Assembly: GCA_902770725.1 (NCBI GenBank)
Contig: CACXUA010000001.1
Location: 300 to 64,299, forward strand
DNA: 64,000 bases
Direction: 5' to 3'
DNA from: an uncultured Bacteroidales bacterium
GTDB lineage: Bacteria > Bacteroidota > Bacteroidia > Bacteroidales > Bacteroidaceae
In this document: positions 6,538 to 15,391 of the stretch, piece after piece
Numbering within the stretch: position 1 is the first letter of the stretch
Layout: every line of letters starts with the position of its first letter
Program-made: the position numbers and the translations under genes
The notes under the pieces: generated by a model
Seen by the model: only the letters and a program-made list of their open reading frames with translations
Databases searched by the model: none
What the model was told of the DNA's origin: nothing

Positions 6538-8352
6538 ATGACCATGCAGAACCCCAGTCCACTACCTTCGCTTATCCAGAGTCAAGCTGCCGTTTATGGC
6601 AAGCGAGCCGCCATGCTTTATCGCGACGATGAACTGCAGAAGTGGAAGGAGATTTCGTGGGAAGACTATGCCCGGACCGTGAGTCGCGTATCGGCTTCGC
6701 TGCTCGAACTGGGTGTCGGGGTGCAGGAAAACATCGCCGTCTTCTCGCAAAACATGCCCGAATGCATGTTCGTGGACTTCGGTGCGTATGGCATCAGAGC
6801 CGTCACCATCCCGTTCTATGCTACAGCAAGCGAGACCCAAGTGAAGTACATGGTGAGCGACGCCAAGATTCGCTACATCTTTGTAGGCGAGCAATACCAG
6901 TACGACACAGCCTACCGCATACTCAAGATAGAGCAATCCATGCGGAAGCTCATCATCTTCGACCCTGCCGTAGAGAAAGACCCGCAAGACAACGTGAGCC
7001 TTTATTTCGATGAGTTTCTGGCGCTTTCCGATGGAAAGGACCATAGCGAAGAGATAAGTAAACTCACGTCCGAAGTGCAGGAAGACGACTTGGCCAACAT
7101 CCTCTATACCAGCGGAACGACGGGCATCAGCAAGGGTGTCATGCTGACGCACAAGATGTATAATGCCGCTTTCCGAGGTCACGTAGGTGCCCTGCCGCTT
7201 TCCGACAAGGACCTCGTGATGAACTTCCTGCCCTTCACGCATGTCTTCGAGCGTGGCTGGTCGTATCTCTGCATCAAGACGGGCTGCACGCTGGCTGTCA
7301 ACCGTCGTCCTGCCGACATCTTGCAGAGCCTTCGCGAAGTGCATCCGACGTGTATGTGTGCTGTGCCGAGGTTCTGGGAGAAGGTGTATAGCGGCGTACA
7401 AGAGAAGATGAACTCGTCCTCGCCCATACAGCGCAGGATGCTCGAAGACGCGCTTCGCATCGGCAAGGCCTACAATGTCGATTACAAGATGCGAGGCCTC
7501 GTGCCACCTCTTGCCCTGAAGATGCGCTATCTCTTCTATGAGAAGACCGTCATCGCTCTGCTCTTGAAGACGTTGGGACTGGAGCGAGGCAACTTCTTCC
7601 CCACTGCCGGAGCTGCCATTCCGCCTATCATCGAGGAGTTTGTTCGCTCGGCAGGCATTCTGATGATTACGGGCTATGGACTCACCGAGAGCACTGCCAC
7701 CGTGTCTTGCGACCGCTGGAATAAGCCCATTTCGCTCGGTTCCATCGGTCGTCCGCTTGATGGTGTGCAGGTGAAGTTCGGGGAGAACGACGAGATTCTC
7801 CTCAAAGGCGATACCATCACGAAAGGTTACTACCGCAAAGCCGAGATAACAGCTATGGCGATAGACAAGGAGGGCTGGTTCCATACAGGCGATGCCGGCT
7901 ACATGAAGAACGGCGAACTCTTCATGACGGAGCGCATCAAGGACCTTTTCAAGACGAGCAACGGCAAGTACATCGCCCCGCAAATGCTCGAATCGAAGTT
8001 CTGCGTGGACCGCTACATCGACCAGATTGTCATCATAGCCGACCAACATAAATTCGTTTCGGCTCTTGTCATTCCCGAGTACAAACTGCTCGAGGACTTG
8101 GCAAAGAAGCGGGGAATCGACTTCAGCAGTCGTGCCGAACTCTGTGCCAACCCACAGATAGTGCAGTTCGTCATGGACCGTATCGAGACGATACAGCAGG
8201 ACTTGGCTTCCTACGAGCAAGTGAAGCGCATCACACTCTTGCCGGAACCCTTCAGCATGGAACGCGGCGAACTCACCAACACGCTCAAAGTGAAGCGCCC
8301 AGTCCTCAATGAACTTTACAAAGAACAAATAGATAAGATGTACGAAGAATAA
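6538..8352 (+). CDS. fadD: long-chain fatty acid--CoA ligase (AMP-forming)
   Basis: AMP-binding signature ILYTSGTTGISKGVMLTH, plus GYGLTES and a WFHTGD-type motif. Length about 604 aa. Confidence 0.85.
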   Translation: MTMQNPSPLPSLIQSQAAVYGKRAAMLYRDDELQKWKEISWEDYARTVSRVSASLLELGVGVQENIAVFSQNMPECMFVDFGAYGIRAVTIPFYATASETQVKYMVSDAKIRYIFVGEQYQYDTAYRILKIEQSMRKLIIFDPAVEKDPQDNVSLYFDEFLALSDGKDHSEEISKLTSEVQEDDLANILYTSGTTGISKGVMLTHKMYNAAFRGHVGALPLSDKDLVMNFLPFTHVFERGWSYLCIKTGCTLAVNRRPADILQSLREVHPTCMCAVPRFWEKVYSGVQEKMNSSSPIQRRMLEDALRIGKAYNVDYKMRGLVPPLALKMRYLFYEKTVIALLLKTLGLERGNFFPTAGAAIPPIIEEFVRSAGILMITGYGLTESTATVSCDRWNKPISLGSIGRPLDGVQVKFGENDEILLKGDTITKGYYRKAEITAMAIDKEGWFHTGDAGYMKNGELFMTERIKDLFKTSNGKYIAPQMLESKFCVDRYIDQIVIIADQHKFVSALVIPEYKLLEDLAKKRGIDFSSRAELCANPQIVQFVMDRIETIQQDLASYEQVKRITLLPEPFSMERGELTNTLKVKRPVLNELYKEQIDKMYEE

Positions 8353-9461
8353 TGATAACCCAAGACCAACTAAAGGAAGTAAAAGACCGCACCGAGCAGC
8401 TCAACCGCTACCTCGACATCGACGGCAAGAAGATACAGTACGAAGAAGAACAACTTCGCACGCAAGCCCCAGGTTTCTGGGACGACCAGAAGCGTGCCGA
8501 GGCTCAGATGAAGCTCGTCAAAGGGCTGGAGAAATGGCTCAAGGGCTATGCCGAAGTCAAGACGCTTTGCGACGAACTCGACACGGCTTTCGAGTTCTAC
8601 AAGGAGGAACTCGTCACCGAGGAAGAGGTGGATGCTCTCTATGACAAAGCCATCACCGCTATTGAAGAGCTCGAACTCAAGAACATGTTGCGGCGCGAGG
8701 AAGACTCGATGGACGCTGTCCTCAAGATAAACTCTGGTGCTGGCGGCACCGAGGCTCAGGACTGGGCACAGATGCTCATGCGAATGTACATGCGCTATGC
8801 CGAGACGCACGGCTACAAGTGCGTTGTCAGCAACTTGCTCGACGGCGATGATGCCGGCATTAAGTCCTGCACGCTCGAGATTCAAGGCGAGTATGCTTAC
8901 GGTTACCTCAAGAGCGAGAACGGCGTGCATCGTCTGGTTCGCGTCTCTCCGTACAATGCTCAGGGCAAGCGCATGACGAGCTTCGCCTCGGTCTTCGTCA
9001 CCCCGCTCGTCGATGATACCATCGAGGTGAACATCGAGCAGGCCCGCATCTCCTGGGATACTTTCCGCAGTTCGGGTGCTGGAGGTCAGAACGTCAACAA
9101 GGTGGAGTCTGGTGTCCGCTTGCGTTATCAGTACAAAGACCCCTATACGGGCGAGGAAGAGGAAATTCTCATCGAGAATACTGAGACGCGCGACCAGCCC
9201 AAGAACAAAGAGAATGCCCTCCGTTTGCTGCGCTCCATGCTCTACGACAAGGAGTTGAAACATCGTATGGCTGAGCAGGCAAAGGTCGAGGCGGGCAAGA
9301 AGAAGATTGAATGGGGCAGCCAGATTCGCAGCTATGTCTTCGACGACCGCCGCGTCAAGGACCACCGCACAAACTATCAGACCAGCGATGTTGGAGGTGT
9401 CATGGACGGCAAGATAGATGCCTTCATCAAGGCCTACCTCATGGAATTCGGCGCAGAGTAA
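8352..9461 (+). CDS. prfB: peptide chain release factor 2, encoded without programmed frameshift
   Basis: GGQ motif SGAGGQNVNKVES. The sequence is colinear with E. coli RF2 over its whole length. The start overlaps the fadD stop (TAATG). Confidence 0.92.
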   Translation: MITQDQLKEVKDRTEQLNRYLDIDGKKIQYEEEQLRTQAPGFWDDQKRAEAQMKLVKGLEKWLKGYAEVKTLCDELDTAFEFYKEELVTEEEVDALYDKAITAIEELELKNMLRREEDSMDAVLKINSGAGGTEAQDWAQMLMRMYMRYAETHGYKCVVSNLLDGDDAGIKSCTLEIQGEYAYGYLKSENGVHRLVRVSPYNAQGKRMTSFASVFVTPLVDDTIEVNIEQARISWDTFRSSGAGGQNVNKVESGVRLRYQYKDPYTGEEEEILIENTETRDQPKNKENALRLLRSMLYDKELKHRMAEQAKVEAGKKKIEWGSQIRSYVFDDRRVKDHRTNYQTSDVGGVMDGKIDAFIKAYLMEFGAE

Positions 9462-9475
9462 AACACACTCCAAGC

Positions 9476-9530
9476 CACCCAACCCCATTAAACCCATAAA
9501 CCCCATAAACCCTATTAGTCCCATTATCCC
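9476..9530. repeat. degenerate 8-9-bp tandem repeats (CCCATWAA-type) filling the prfB-CYTH spacer
   Basis: The sequence cccattaaa cccataaa ccccataaa ccctattagt cccattat ccc runs directly into the ATG at 9531. Confidence 0.85.
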
Positions 9531-10019
9531 ATGCCCCTCCTCGAAATCGAACGCAAATTTATCGTTGTTGGCGAATTCAAAAGCCAAGCAATCAGTTCCA
9601 CTCACATTGCTCAGGGTTACATAGCAAGCGGCAATGGCCGTACTGTCCGCGTTCGCATTCGTGGCGACAAGGGCTATCTCACTATCAAGGGCCCAAGCGA
9701 CAAGGCTGGCTTGGCGCGTTTCGAGTGGGAGAAGGAGATTCCTTTGGCAGAAGCAGAAGCGCTGATGAAGATTTGCGAACCAGGTATCATAGAGAAAACA
9801 CGTTGGCTGGTACCTGCTGAAGACGGCAAACACACTTGGGAAGTCGATGTCTTCGAGGGCGACAATGCAGGCTTGATTATGGCAGAAATTGAGTTGGAAA
9901 GCGAGGCTGATCAATTCAAAAAGCCTGATTTCATCGGTCCAGAAGTGACTGGCGACCGCCGTTTCTATAACTCACACATGCGTCGCTACCCCTACAAAAT
10001 GTGGGGAAAAAACTCTTAA
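9531..10019 (+). CDS. CYTH domain protein (triphosphate tunnel metalloenzyme)
   Basis: N-terminal EIERKF (ExExK) signature, 162 aa. Confidence 0.8.
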   Translation: MPLLEIERKFIVVGEFKSQAISSTHIAQGYIASGNGRTVRVRIRGDKGYLTIKGPSDKAGLARFEWEKEIPLAEAEALMKICEPGIIEKTRWLVPAEDGKHTWEVDVFEGDNAGLIMAEIELESEADQFKKPDFIGPEVTGDRRFYNSHMRRYPYKMWGKNS

Positions 10020-10063
10020 ACCAAGTCAAAATAGACGAGGCGTCAATAAGTGCTCCCCAACGA

Positions 10064-10152
10064 CCCACGTTAAGTTGTCCAACATCACACGTTATCTTTG
10101 CAAACTTCACGTGTTAACTTTGCGAACTTCACGTGTTAACTTTGCGAACTTC
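10064..10152. repeat. ACGT-box REP-like cluster, family copy B, including 3 tandem 22-bp units
   Basis: The region reads CACGTTAAGTTGTCCAAC, then ACGTTATCTTTGCAAACTTC, then two copies of ACGTGTTAACTTTGCGAACTTC. Each unit contains a TAnnTTTG word (10093, 10115, 10137). Confidence 0.9.
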
Positions 10153-10165
10153 ACTGCAGGACTTT

Positions 10166-10636
10166 TTAATGGCTTAGTGGCAACTGGTGTGAATTCTTTA
10201 CCTCACCTAGTACAAAGAACGAGTTGAGCGAACCGATGCAGTCAAGGTCGCCGAGTATCCTGAGCACAAATTCCTGGTAAGCCTTCATGTCTGAGACATA
10301 GATTTTAAGCATGAAGTCGTAGTCACCGCTGATGTTGTAGCACTCGACTATCTCGGGAATTTGCTGCACGGCCTCCATGATGCGGTGCGCGTTCTCGTGG
10401 GAATGTTGTTTCATCCTAAGATAGCAGAATGCGATGAAGCCTCGGTTTATCTTCTCCGCATCCAGCACAGCCATGTATTTTTTGATGTAACCCTCGCGTT
10501 CAAGACGCTTCACACGTTCAAATGTGGGAGTGGGAGAGAGGTGAATCTTCGCTGCTAACTCCTTGTTAGTCAGCCTGGAATCGTCCTGCAGAAGGCTTAG
10601 AATCCGCAGGTCTGTTTCGTCAAGAATGTTCGTCAT
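10166..10636 (-). CDS. Lrp/AsnC family transcriptional regulator
   Basis: HTH segment DLRILSLLQDDSRLTNKELAAKIHLSPTPTFERVKRLEREGYIKKY plus a C-terminal AsnC-type ligand domain. A longer alternative start is at 10672. Confidence 0.88.
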   Translation of the reverse strand: MTNILDETDLRILSLLQDDSRLTNKELAAKIHLSPTPTFERVKRLEREGYIKKYMAVLDAEKINRGFIAFCYLRMKQHSHENAHRIMEAVQQIPEIVECYNISGDYDFMLKIYVSDMKAYQEFVLRILGDLDCIGSLNSFFVLGEVKNSHQLPLSH

Positions 10637-10712
10637 TTGAGTTAAAGAATCTTTTACCTGCAGAAGGGGCATTTCTTATCCTTTGTCAGGTGCTTTTATC
10701 TGTTATGCGGTG

Positions 10713-10720
10713 CAAAGTTA
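10713..10720 (-). promoter_or_regulatory. -7 box (TAACTTTG, minus) for the lrp-like gene
   Basis: TAnnTTTG match in the divergent intergenic region. Confidence 0.55.
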
Positions 10721-10771
10721 GTAATAATTTCTAAACTTTCAATTCTTCTTGGAAGAAATTTCATCTTGCCG

Positions 10772-10779
10772 TAACTTTG
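10772..10779 (+). promoter_or_regulatory. -7 box TAACTTTG for metY-cysK
   Basis: TAnnTTTG match 61 nt upstream of ATG 10840. Confidence 0.6.
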
Positions 10780-10839
10780 CACCGTCAAAAGGACAAATAG
10801 AACGACAATTCCATACATTATTAAATAGTAAATATCGTT

Positions 10840-12126
10840 ATGAGTACGCAGAAACAACACCTCGAGACCATTGCCCTGCATGCAGGACAAGTCGCTGACC
10901 CCACAACAGATTCTTGTGCAGTTCCTATTTATCAGACTGCAAGCTATGTATTTCACAATGCCCAACACGCTGCTGACCGCTTTGGCCTTCGTGATGCGGG
11001 AAATATTTATGGACGCCTGACGAACTCCACTCAAGGCGTGCTGGAGGAAAGAATTGCAGCCCTCGAAGGTGGTGTGGCAGCTCTCGCAGTTGCTTCTGGT
11101 GCTGCTGCCATCACTTATTCCTTACAGAATATTCTTCAAGCAGGCGACCATGTCGTGGCAGCCGACAACCTGTACGGAGGCTCTTACAACCTCATCACAC
11201 ACACCCTCGCTGCTTCAAAAATAGCCCATTCCATCGTAAAAATCAATAATCTTGCTGCCTTAGAAGCCGCCATTCAACCCAACACAAAAGTCATCTACGC
11301 TGAGACTTTGGGTAACCCGAACAGCGATGTGCTGAACATAGAAGGTGTGGCAGAGGTTGCACACAGGCATGGAATCGTCTTCATCGTCGATAACACCTTC
11401 GCTCCGCTGTTGATTCGTCCCCTAGAACATGGGGCAGATATTGTCGTACATTCAGCCACGAAGTTTATTGGCGGACACGGAACGACCTTGGGTGGCGTGA
11501 TTGTTGATGGTGGAAAGTTCGACTGGAAAGCCAATGCCGACCGTTATCCCTCGATAGCAAAGCCTGATGCCAGCTATCATGGTGCAGTCTTTGCCGATGT
11601 TGCAGGACCTGCCGCTTTCGTGACTCGCATTCGTGCCGTCATCCTTCGCGACACAGGCGCAGCCATCTCGCCCTTCAATGCCTGGATTCTTTTGCAAGGA
11701 GTCGAGTCGTTGCCCCTGCGAATAGAGCGTCACACAGAGAATGCCTTGAAGGTGGTCGATTACCTTTCGAAGCATCCTTTGGTAGCGAAAGTGAATCATC
11801 CGGCACTTGCTTCTCATCCAGATAATGCGCTCTATAAGAGATACTTCCCTAAAGGCGGAGCCAGCATCTTTACTTTCGAGATAAAAGGTGGACAGGAAGC
11901 GGCCTGGAAGTTTATCGATGCTCTGCATATCTTCACCTTGCTTGCCAACGTTGCTGACGTGAAGAGTCTTGTCATCCATCCAGCGACGACTACCCACTCG
12001 CAACTCTCCGACGAGGAACTTGCCGAGCAGCACATCATGCCCAGCACCATTCGGTTAAGCATCGGTGTAGAGCATATCGACGACATCATAGCGGACCTCG
12101 AGCAGGCTTTCAATGCAATAAAATAG
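10840..12126 (+). CDS. metY: O-acetylhomoserine sulfhydrylase (PLP-dependent Cys/Met metabolism family)
   Basis: SATKFIGGHGTTLGG carries the PLP lysine, and there is family-wide colinearity (TIALHAG..., DNTFA...). Confidence 0.88.
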   Translation: MSTQKQHLETIALHAGQVADPTTDSCAVPIYQTASYVFHNAQHAADRFGLRDAGNIYGRLTNSTQGVLEERIAALEGGVAALAVASGAAAITYSLQNILQAGDHVVAADNLYGGSYNLITHTLAASKIAHSIVKINNLAALEAAIQPNTKVIYAETLGNPNSDVLNIEGVAEVAHRHGIVFIVDNTFAPLLIRPLEHGADIVVHSATKFIGGHGTTLGGVIVDGGKFDWKANADRYPSIAKPDASYHGAVFADVAGPAAFVTRIRAVILRDTGAAISPFNAWILLQGVESLPLRIERHTENALKVVDYLSKHPLVAKVNHPALASHPDNALYKRYFPKGGASIFTFEIKGGQEAAWKFIDALHIFTLLANVADVKSLVIHPATTTHSQLSDEELAEQHIMPSTIRLSIGVEHIDDIIADLEQAFNAIK

Positions 12127-12166
12127 GCACTCAATACGTTAATAATAATAGAAAATAGTAAATATT

Positions 12167-13096
12167 ATGGCAATCTACAACTCAATTACTGAACTTATCG
12201 GCAAGACGCCGTTGGTTCAACTCAGCACATTTGCAAAGAATCGCGACCTGAAAGCTAACGTCATAGCTAAAGTGGAGTTCTTCAACCCAGGTGGCAGTGT
12301 CAAGGACCGTATTGCTCTCAGCATGATACTCGATGCCGAGGAGAAAGGCATCCTCAAGCAAGGTGGCACCATCATCGAGCCGACCAGCGGTAACACGGGT
12401 GTTGGACTCTCGCTCGTGGGTGCAGTTCGTGGCTACAAAGTCATCCTGACCATGCCCGAGACGATGAGCATCGAGCGCAGAAAACTGGCTCAGGCTTATG
12501 GTACAGAAATAGTTCTCACTCCTGGCAGCGAAGGCATGAAGGGTGCTATCCGCAAGGCAGAAGAACTGCGCGACAGCACACCCGGTGCCGTTATCCTGCA
12601 GCAGTTTGAAAACCCGGCAAACCCAGCTATCCATGCCAAGACGACAGGCGAAGAGATTTGGAAAGACACAGAAGGCAAGGTCGATGTCTTTGTGGCTGGC
12701 GTAGGTACTGGTGGAACGGTTTCAGGCACAGCCAAGGCTCTCAAGGCTCACAATCCCAATGTCTATGTTGTTGCTGTTGAGCCAGCATCGAGTGCAGTCC
12801 TCTCCGGTCAACCTTCTGGTACTCACAAGATTCAGGGCATAGGTGCAGGCTTCGAGCCAAAGAACTTCGACCGTCCTCTCATCGACGAGATTCTGCCCGT
12901 CAGCAACGAAGATGCCTTTGCAACGGCTCGTGCAGTTGCCAAGGAAGAAGGCATTTTTGTAGGCATTTCCTCTGGTGCAGCAGCTTATGCCGCCAGCGTA
13001 ATAGCCCAGCGTCCTGAGTTTGCAGGCAAGAACATCGTCGTTCTTTTGCCAGACACAGGCGAGCGCTATCTCTCTACAGCTTTGCTCGAAGAATAA
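12167..13096 (+). CDS. cysK: cysteine synthase A (O-acetylserine sulfhydrylase)
   Basis: Motifs SVKDRIAL (PLP lysine), TSGNTG, GVGTGGT and GISSGAA. Confidence 0.92.
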   Translation: MAIYNSITELIGKTPLVQLSTFAKNRDLKANVIAKVEFFNPGGSVKDRIALSMILDAEEKGILKQGGTIIEPTSGNTGVGLSLVGAVRGYKVILTMPETMSIERRKLAQAYGTEIVLTPGSEGMKGAIRKAEELRDSTPGAVILQQFENPANPAIHAKTTGEEIWKDTEGKVDVFVAGVGTGGTVSGTAKALKAHNPNVYVVAVEPASSAVLSGQPSGTHKIQGIGAGFEPKNFDRPLIDEILPVSNEDAFATARAVAKEEGIFVGISSGAAAYAASVIAQRPEFAGKNIVVLLPDTGERYLSTALLEE

Positions 13097-13137
13097 AGAA
13101 AAGCAGTCAATCTCTTTTCTGTTTGCAGATAATTTTG

Positions 13138-13145
13138 TACTTTTG
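13138..13145 (+). promoter_or_regulatory. -7 box TACTTTTG for the 13179 operon
   Basis: TAnnTTTG match 34 nt upstream of ATG 13179. Confidence 0.55.
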
Positions 13146-13178
13146 TCTCTCGAAGGATAATATAATCGAGGGAAACGT

Positions 13179-15386
13179 ATGAAATTATCTGCATCTTTTT
13201 TTCTATTTTTCTTTGCTCTGACTGTTTCGGCTCAAGAGTTCCGCGACTTAGGGGCGCGCCTCGGTGCTAAAGCATCCGAGAAGACAACATTCCAGACTGC
13301 AGGACCCTGGAAACCAGTCACAGACATTCGCTCCGACCTCGTGATGGTCTATGGAGCCAACGACAATCGCCGCATGACTTTCCGCGAGAGAGTGGAGTCG
13401 TGGAGGCAGAGAGGCTACACCACCCACTTCATGACAGGCATTGCCTGGGGCAACTATCAGGACTATTTCACGGGAAAATGGGACGGCAAGTGGCACCTCG
13501 ACGAAGGGCAAAAGACGATGCAGGGCGACACCATCTGGCACGGCCGCCTCATACCTTATATTATACCGACGAGGAACTACCTCGCTTATTTCAAGGAACG
13601 CCACATCAAGCCTGTGATAGACGCCGGCATAGATGCCATTTTCCTCGAGGAGCCGGAGTTCTGGGGGAGGGCAGGGTACAGCGAGGCCTTCCAGCGCGAG
13701 TGGCAGGACTACTATGGCTTCCCGTGGCGGCCTCAGCACGAGAGTGCGGAGAATACCTACCTCTCCAACAAACTCAAATACCACCTCTACTATCGTGCTC
13801 TCGATGAGGCTTTCGCGTATGCCAAGCAGTATGGGCGCGAGAAGGGGATGAACGTACGCTGTTATGTGCCGACGCATTCCCTGCTCAACTATTCCCAATG
13901 GCAGATTGTGTCGCCCGAAGCCTCACTCGCCTCGATGGAGAACTGCGACGGCTACATCGCGCAGGTCTGGACGGGAACCTCCCGCGAGCCGAACTACTTC
14001 AACGGCAAAGCAAAGGAGCGCGTCTTCGAGACGGCTTTCCTGGAGTACGGTTGCATGGAGTCCATGACGCGACCGACCGGCCGTAAGATGTTCTTCCTGA
14101 CCGACCCCATCGAGGACAGGGCAAAGGACTGGGAGGACTACAAACGCAACTATCAGGCCACCTTCACGGCGCAGTTGCTCTATCCTCAGATTGCCGATTA
14201 CGAGGTGATGCCTTGGCCCGACCGCATCTATGAGAGACTCTACAAAGTGAGCGCAAATAGCGATGAAAAGGCACATATCCCGCGTTTCTACTCTACACAG
14301 ATGCAGGTGATGGTCAACACCCTCAACTTCATGCCGCTCTCCGAGAATCGGGTCAGCGGGTCGCAAGGCATCTCCGTGCTGATGGCGAACTCCCTGATGT
14401 TCCAGCGCTCGCCAAGACCGGTGGAGGGTTACGACGACCCGCAGCTCTCCAACTTCTACGGCGAGGCGCTTCCCCTCTTGAAACGAGGCGTGCCCGTCAG
14501 CATCACACACATAGAGAACGTGGGTTATGCCGAGACGTGGAAGGATGTGCAGGTGCTTTTGATGTCCTACAGCAACATGAAACCTCTCTCGCCCGAAGCC
14601 CACATACATTTGGCAGAATGGGTAAAAAAAGGCGGTTTCATCGTATATTCTGGGCGTGACGATGACCCTTATCAGGGTGTGCAGGAGTGGTGGAATCAGG
14701 GCGAGATGCACTATGCCGCTCCCTCCGAACATCTCTTCTCCTTGATGGGCATTCCCGAAAAGGCAGCCGAGGGCGAATATAAATATGGTAAGGGCAAGGT
14801 CTATGTGCTCAGGCACGACCCCAAGGAATACGTGCTCAAGAAGGGTGGCGACAAAAAGTTTGTGGAGGTCGTCGAGAAGGCATACGGCAAGCTGGAGCAG
14901 AAGAACTCTTTCTACCTGGAGCGCGGCCCATATACCCTTGTCGCTGTGCTCGACGAGAATGTCGTGAGTGACGCTCCATTTACCAAAAAGGGCCATTTCA
15001 TCGACCTTTTCTCGCCTGAGCTTACCTATTTTTCAGAGATAAGTATCCTGCCCGGGCAGCAAGGTTTCTTCTTCGACTTAACCAAAATCGACAAGAAACG
15101 TCCGCAGGTAATTGCGGCTGCCTCGCGTCAGTATGACGAGCAGACGACCGACGAAGGCTTCCGCTTCATCTGCAAGTCGCCACTCAATACCGCCAACATC
15201 GTCTGCCTCTATCTGCCCAAAGACTACAAGTCGGGCCATTTCTCCCTGACTGATGCGGAAGGCAACACGGTCAACCACGAAATGAAAGTCATAACGGCTC
15301 CCGCCAACACCTTGGCCGGCCGACTCTTCTGGCTCTCGTTCGAGAACTCTCCAGACGGCATAAACGTTCAAATAAAGAAAAACTGA
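13179..15386 (+). CDS. secreted protein of unknown function (735 aa), possibly glycan-active
   Basis: Signal peptide MKLSASFFLFFFALTVSAQE. I recognise no family motif. The gene ends 5 nt before the GH29 fucosidase gene. Confidence 0.6.
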   Translation: MKLSASFFLFFFALTVSAQEFRDLGARLGAKASEKTTFQTAGPWKPVTDIRSDLVMVYGANDNRRMTFRERVESWRQRGYTTHFMTGIAWGNYQDYFTGKWDGKWHLDEGQKTMQGDTIWHGRLIPYIIPTRNYLAYFKERHIKPVIDAGIDAIFLEEPEFWGRAGYSEAFQREWQDYYGFPWRPQHESAENTYLSNKLKYHLYYRALDEAFAYAKQYGREKGMNVRCYVPTHSLLNYSQWQIVSPEASLASMENCDGYIAQVWTGTSREPNYFNGKAKERVFETAFLEYGCMESMTRPTGRKMFFLTDPIEDRAKDWEDYKRNYQATFTAQLLYPQIADYEVMPWPDRIYERLYKVSANSDEKAHIPRFYSTQMQVMVNTLNFMPLSENRVSGSQGISVLMANSLMFQRSPRPVEGYDDPQLSNFYGEALPLLKRGVPVSITHIENVGYAETWKDVQVLLMSYSNMKPLSPEAHIHLAEWVKKGGFIVYSGRDDDPYQGVQEWWNQGEMHYAAPSEHLFSLMGIPEKAAEGEYKYGKGKVYVLRHDPKEYVLKKGGDKKFVEVVEKAYGKLEQKNSFYLERGPYTLVAVLDENVVSDAPFTKKGHFIDLFSPELTYFSEISILPGQQGFFFDLTKIDKKRPQVIAAASRQYDEQTTDEGFRFICKSPLNTANIVCLYLPKDYKSGHFSLTDAEGNTVNHEMKVITAPANTLAGRLFWLSFENSPDGINVQIKKN

Positions 15387-15391
15387 CAACC

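Noticed and set aside
6562-8328. A very long antisense ORF (588 aa) opposite fadD. Similar shadow ORFs lie at 8370-9914 (514 aa, opposite prfB), 24748-26664 (638 aa, opposite ftsH), 40022-41011 and 41030-42070 (opposite pnp), 43129-44385 (opposite GH97), 51076-53580 (834 aa, opposite infB), 56393-57781 (opposite the kinase) and 57790-60306 (838 aa, opposite GH2).
   Set aside because: In every case the opposite strand encodes a protein with unmistakable catalytic or family motifs. The antisense translations are low-complexity Arg/Leu/Val/His-rich strings with no motifs, no promoter box and often non-ATG starts. Long shadow frames are expected when the sense genes avoid TTA, CTA and TCA codons. 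This is a codon-usage effect, not overlapping genes.
10093-10144. Three tandem genuine promoters at the CYTH/lrp convergent junction.
   Set aside because: The TAnnTTTG words are part of a 22-bp repeat unit and have no plus-strand gene downstream. I kept them only as a possible antisense-promoter hypothesis within the REP-like finding, not as annotated promoters.
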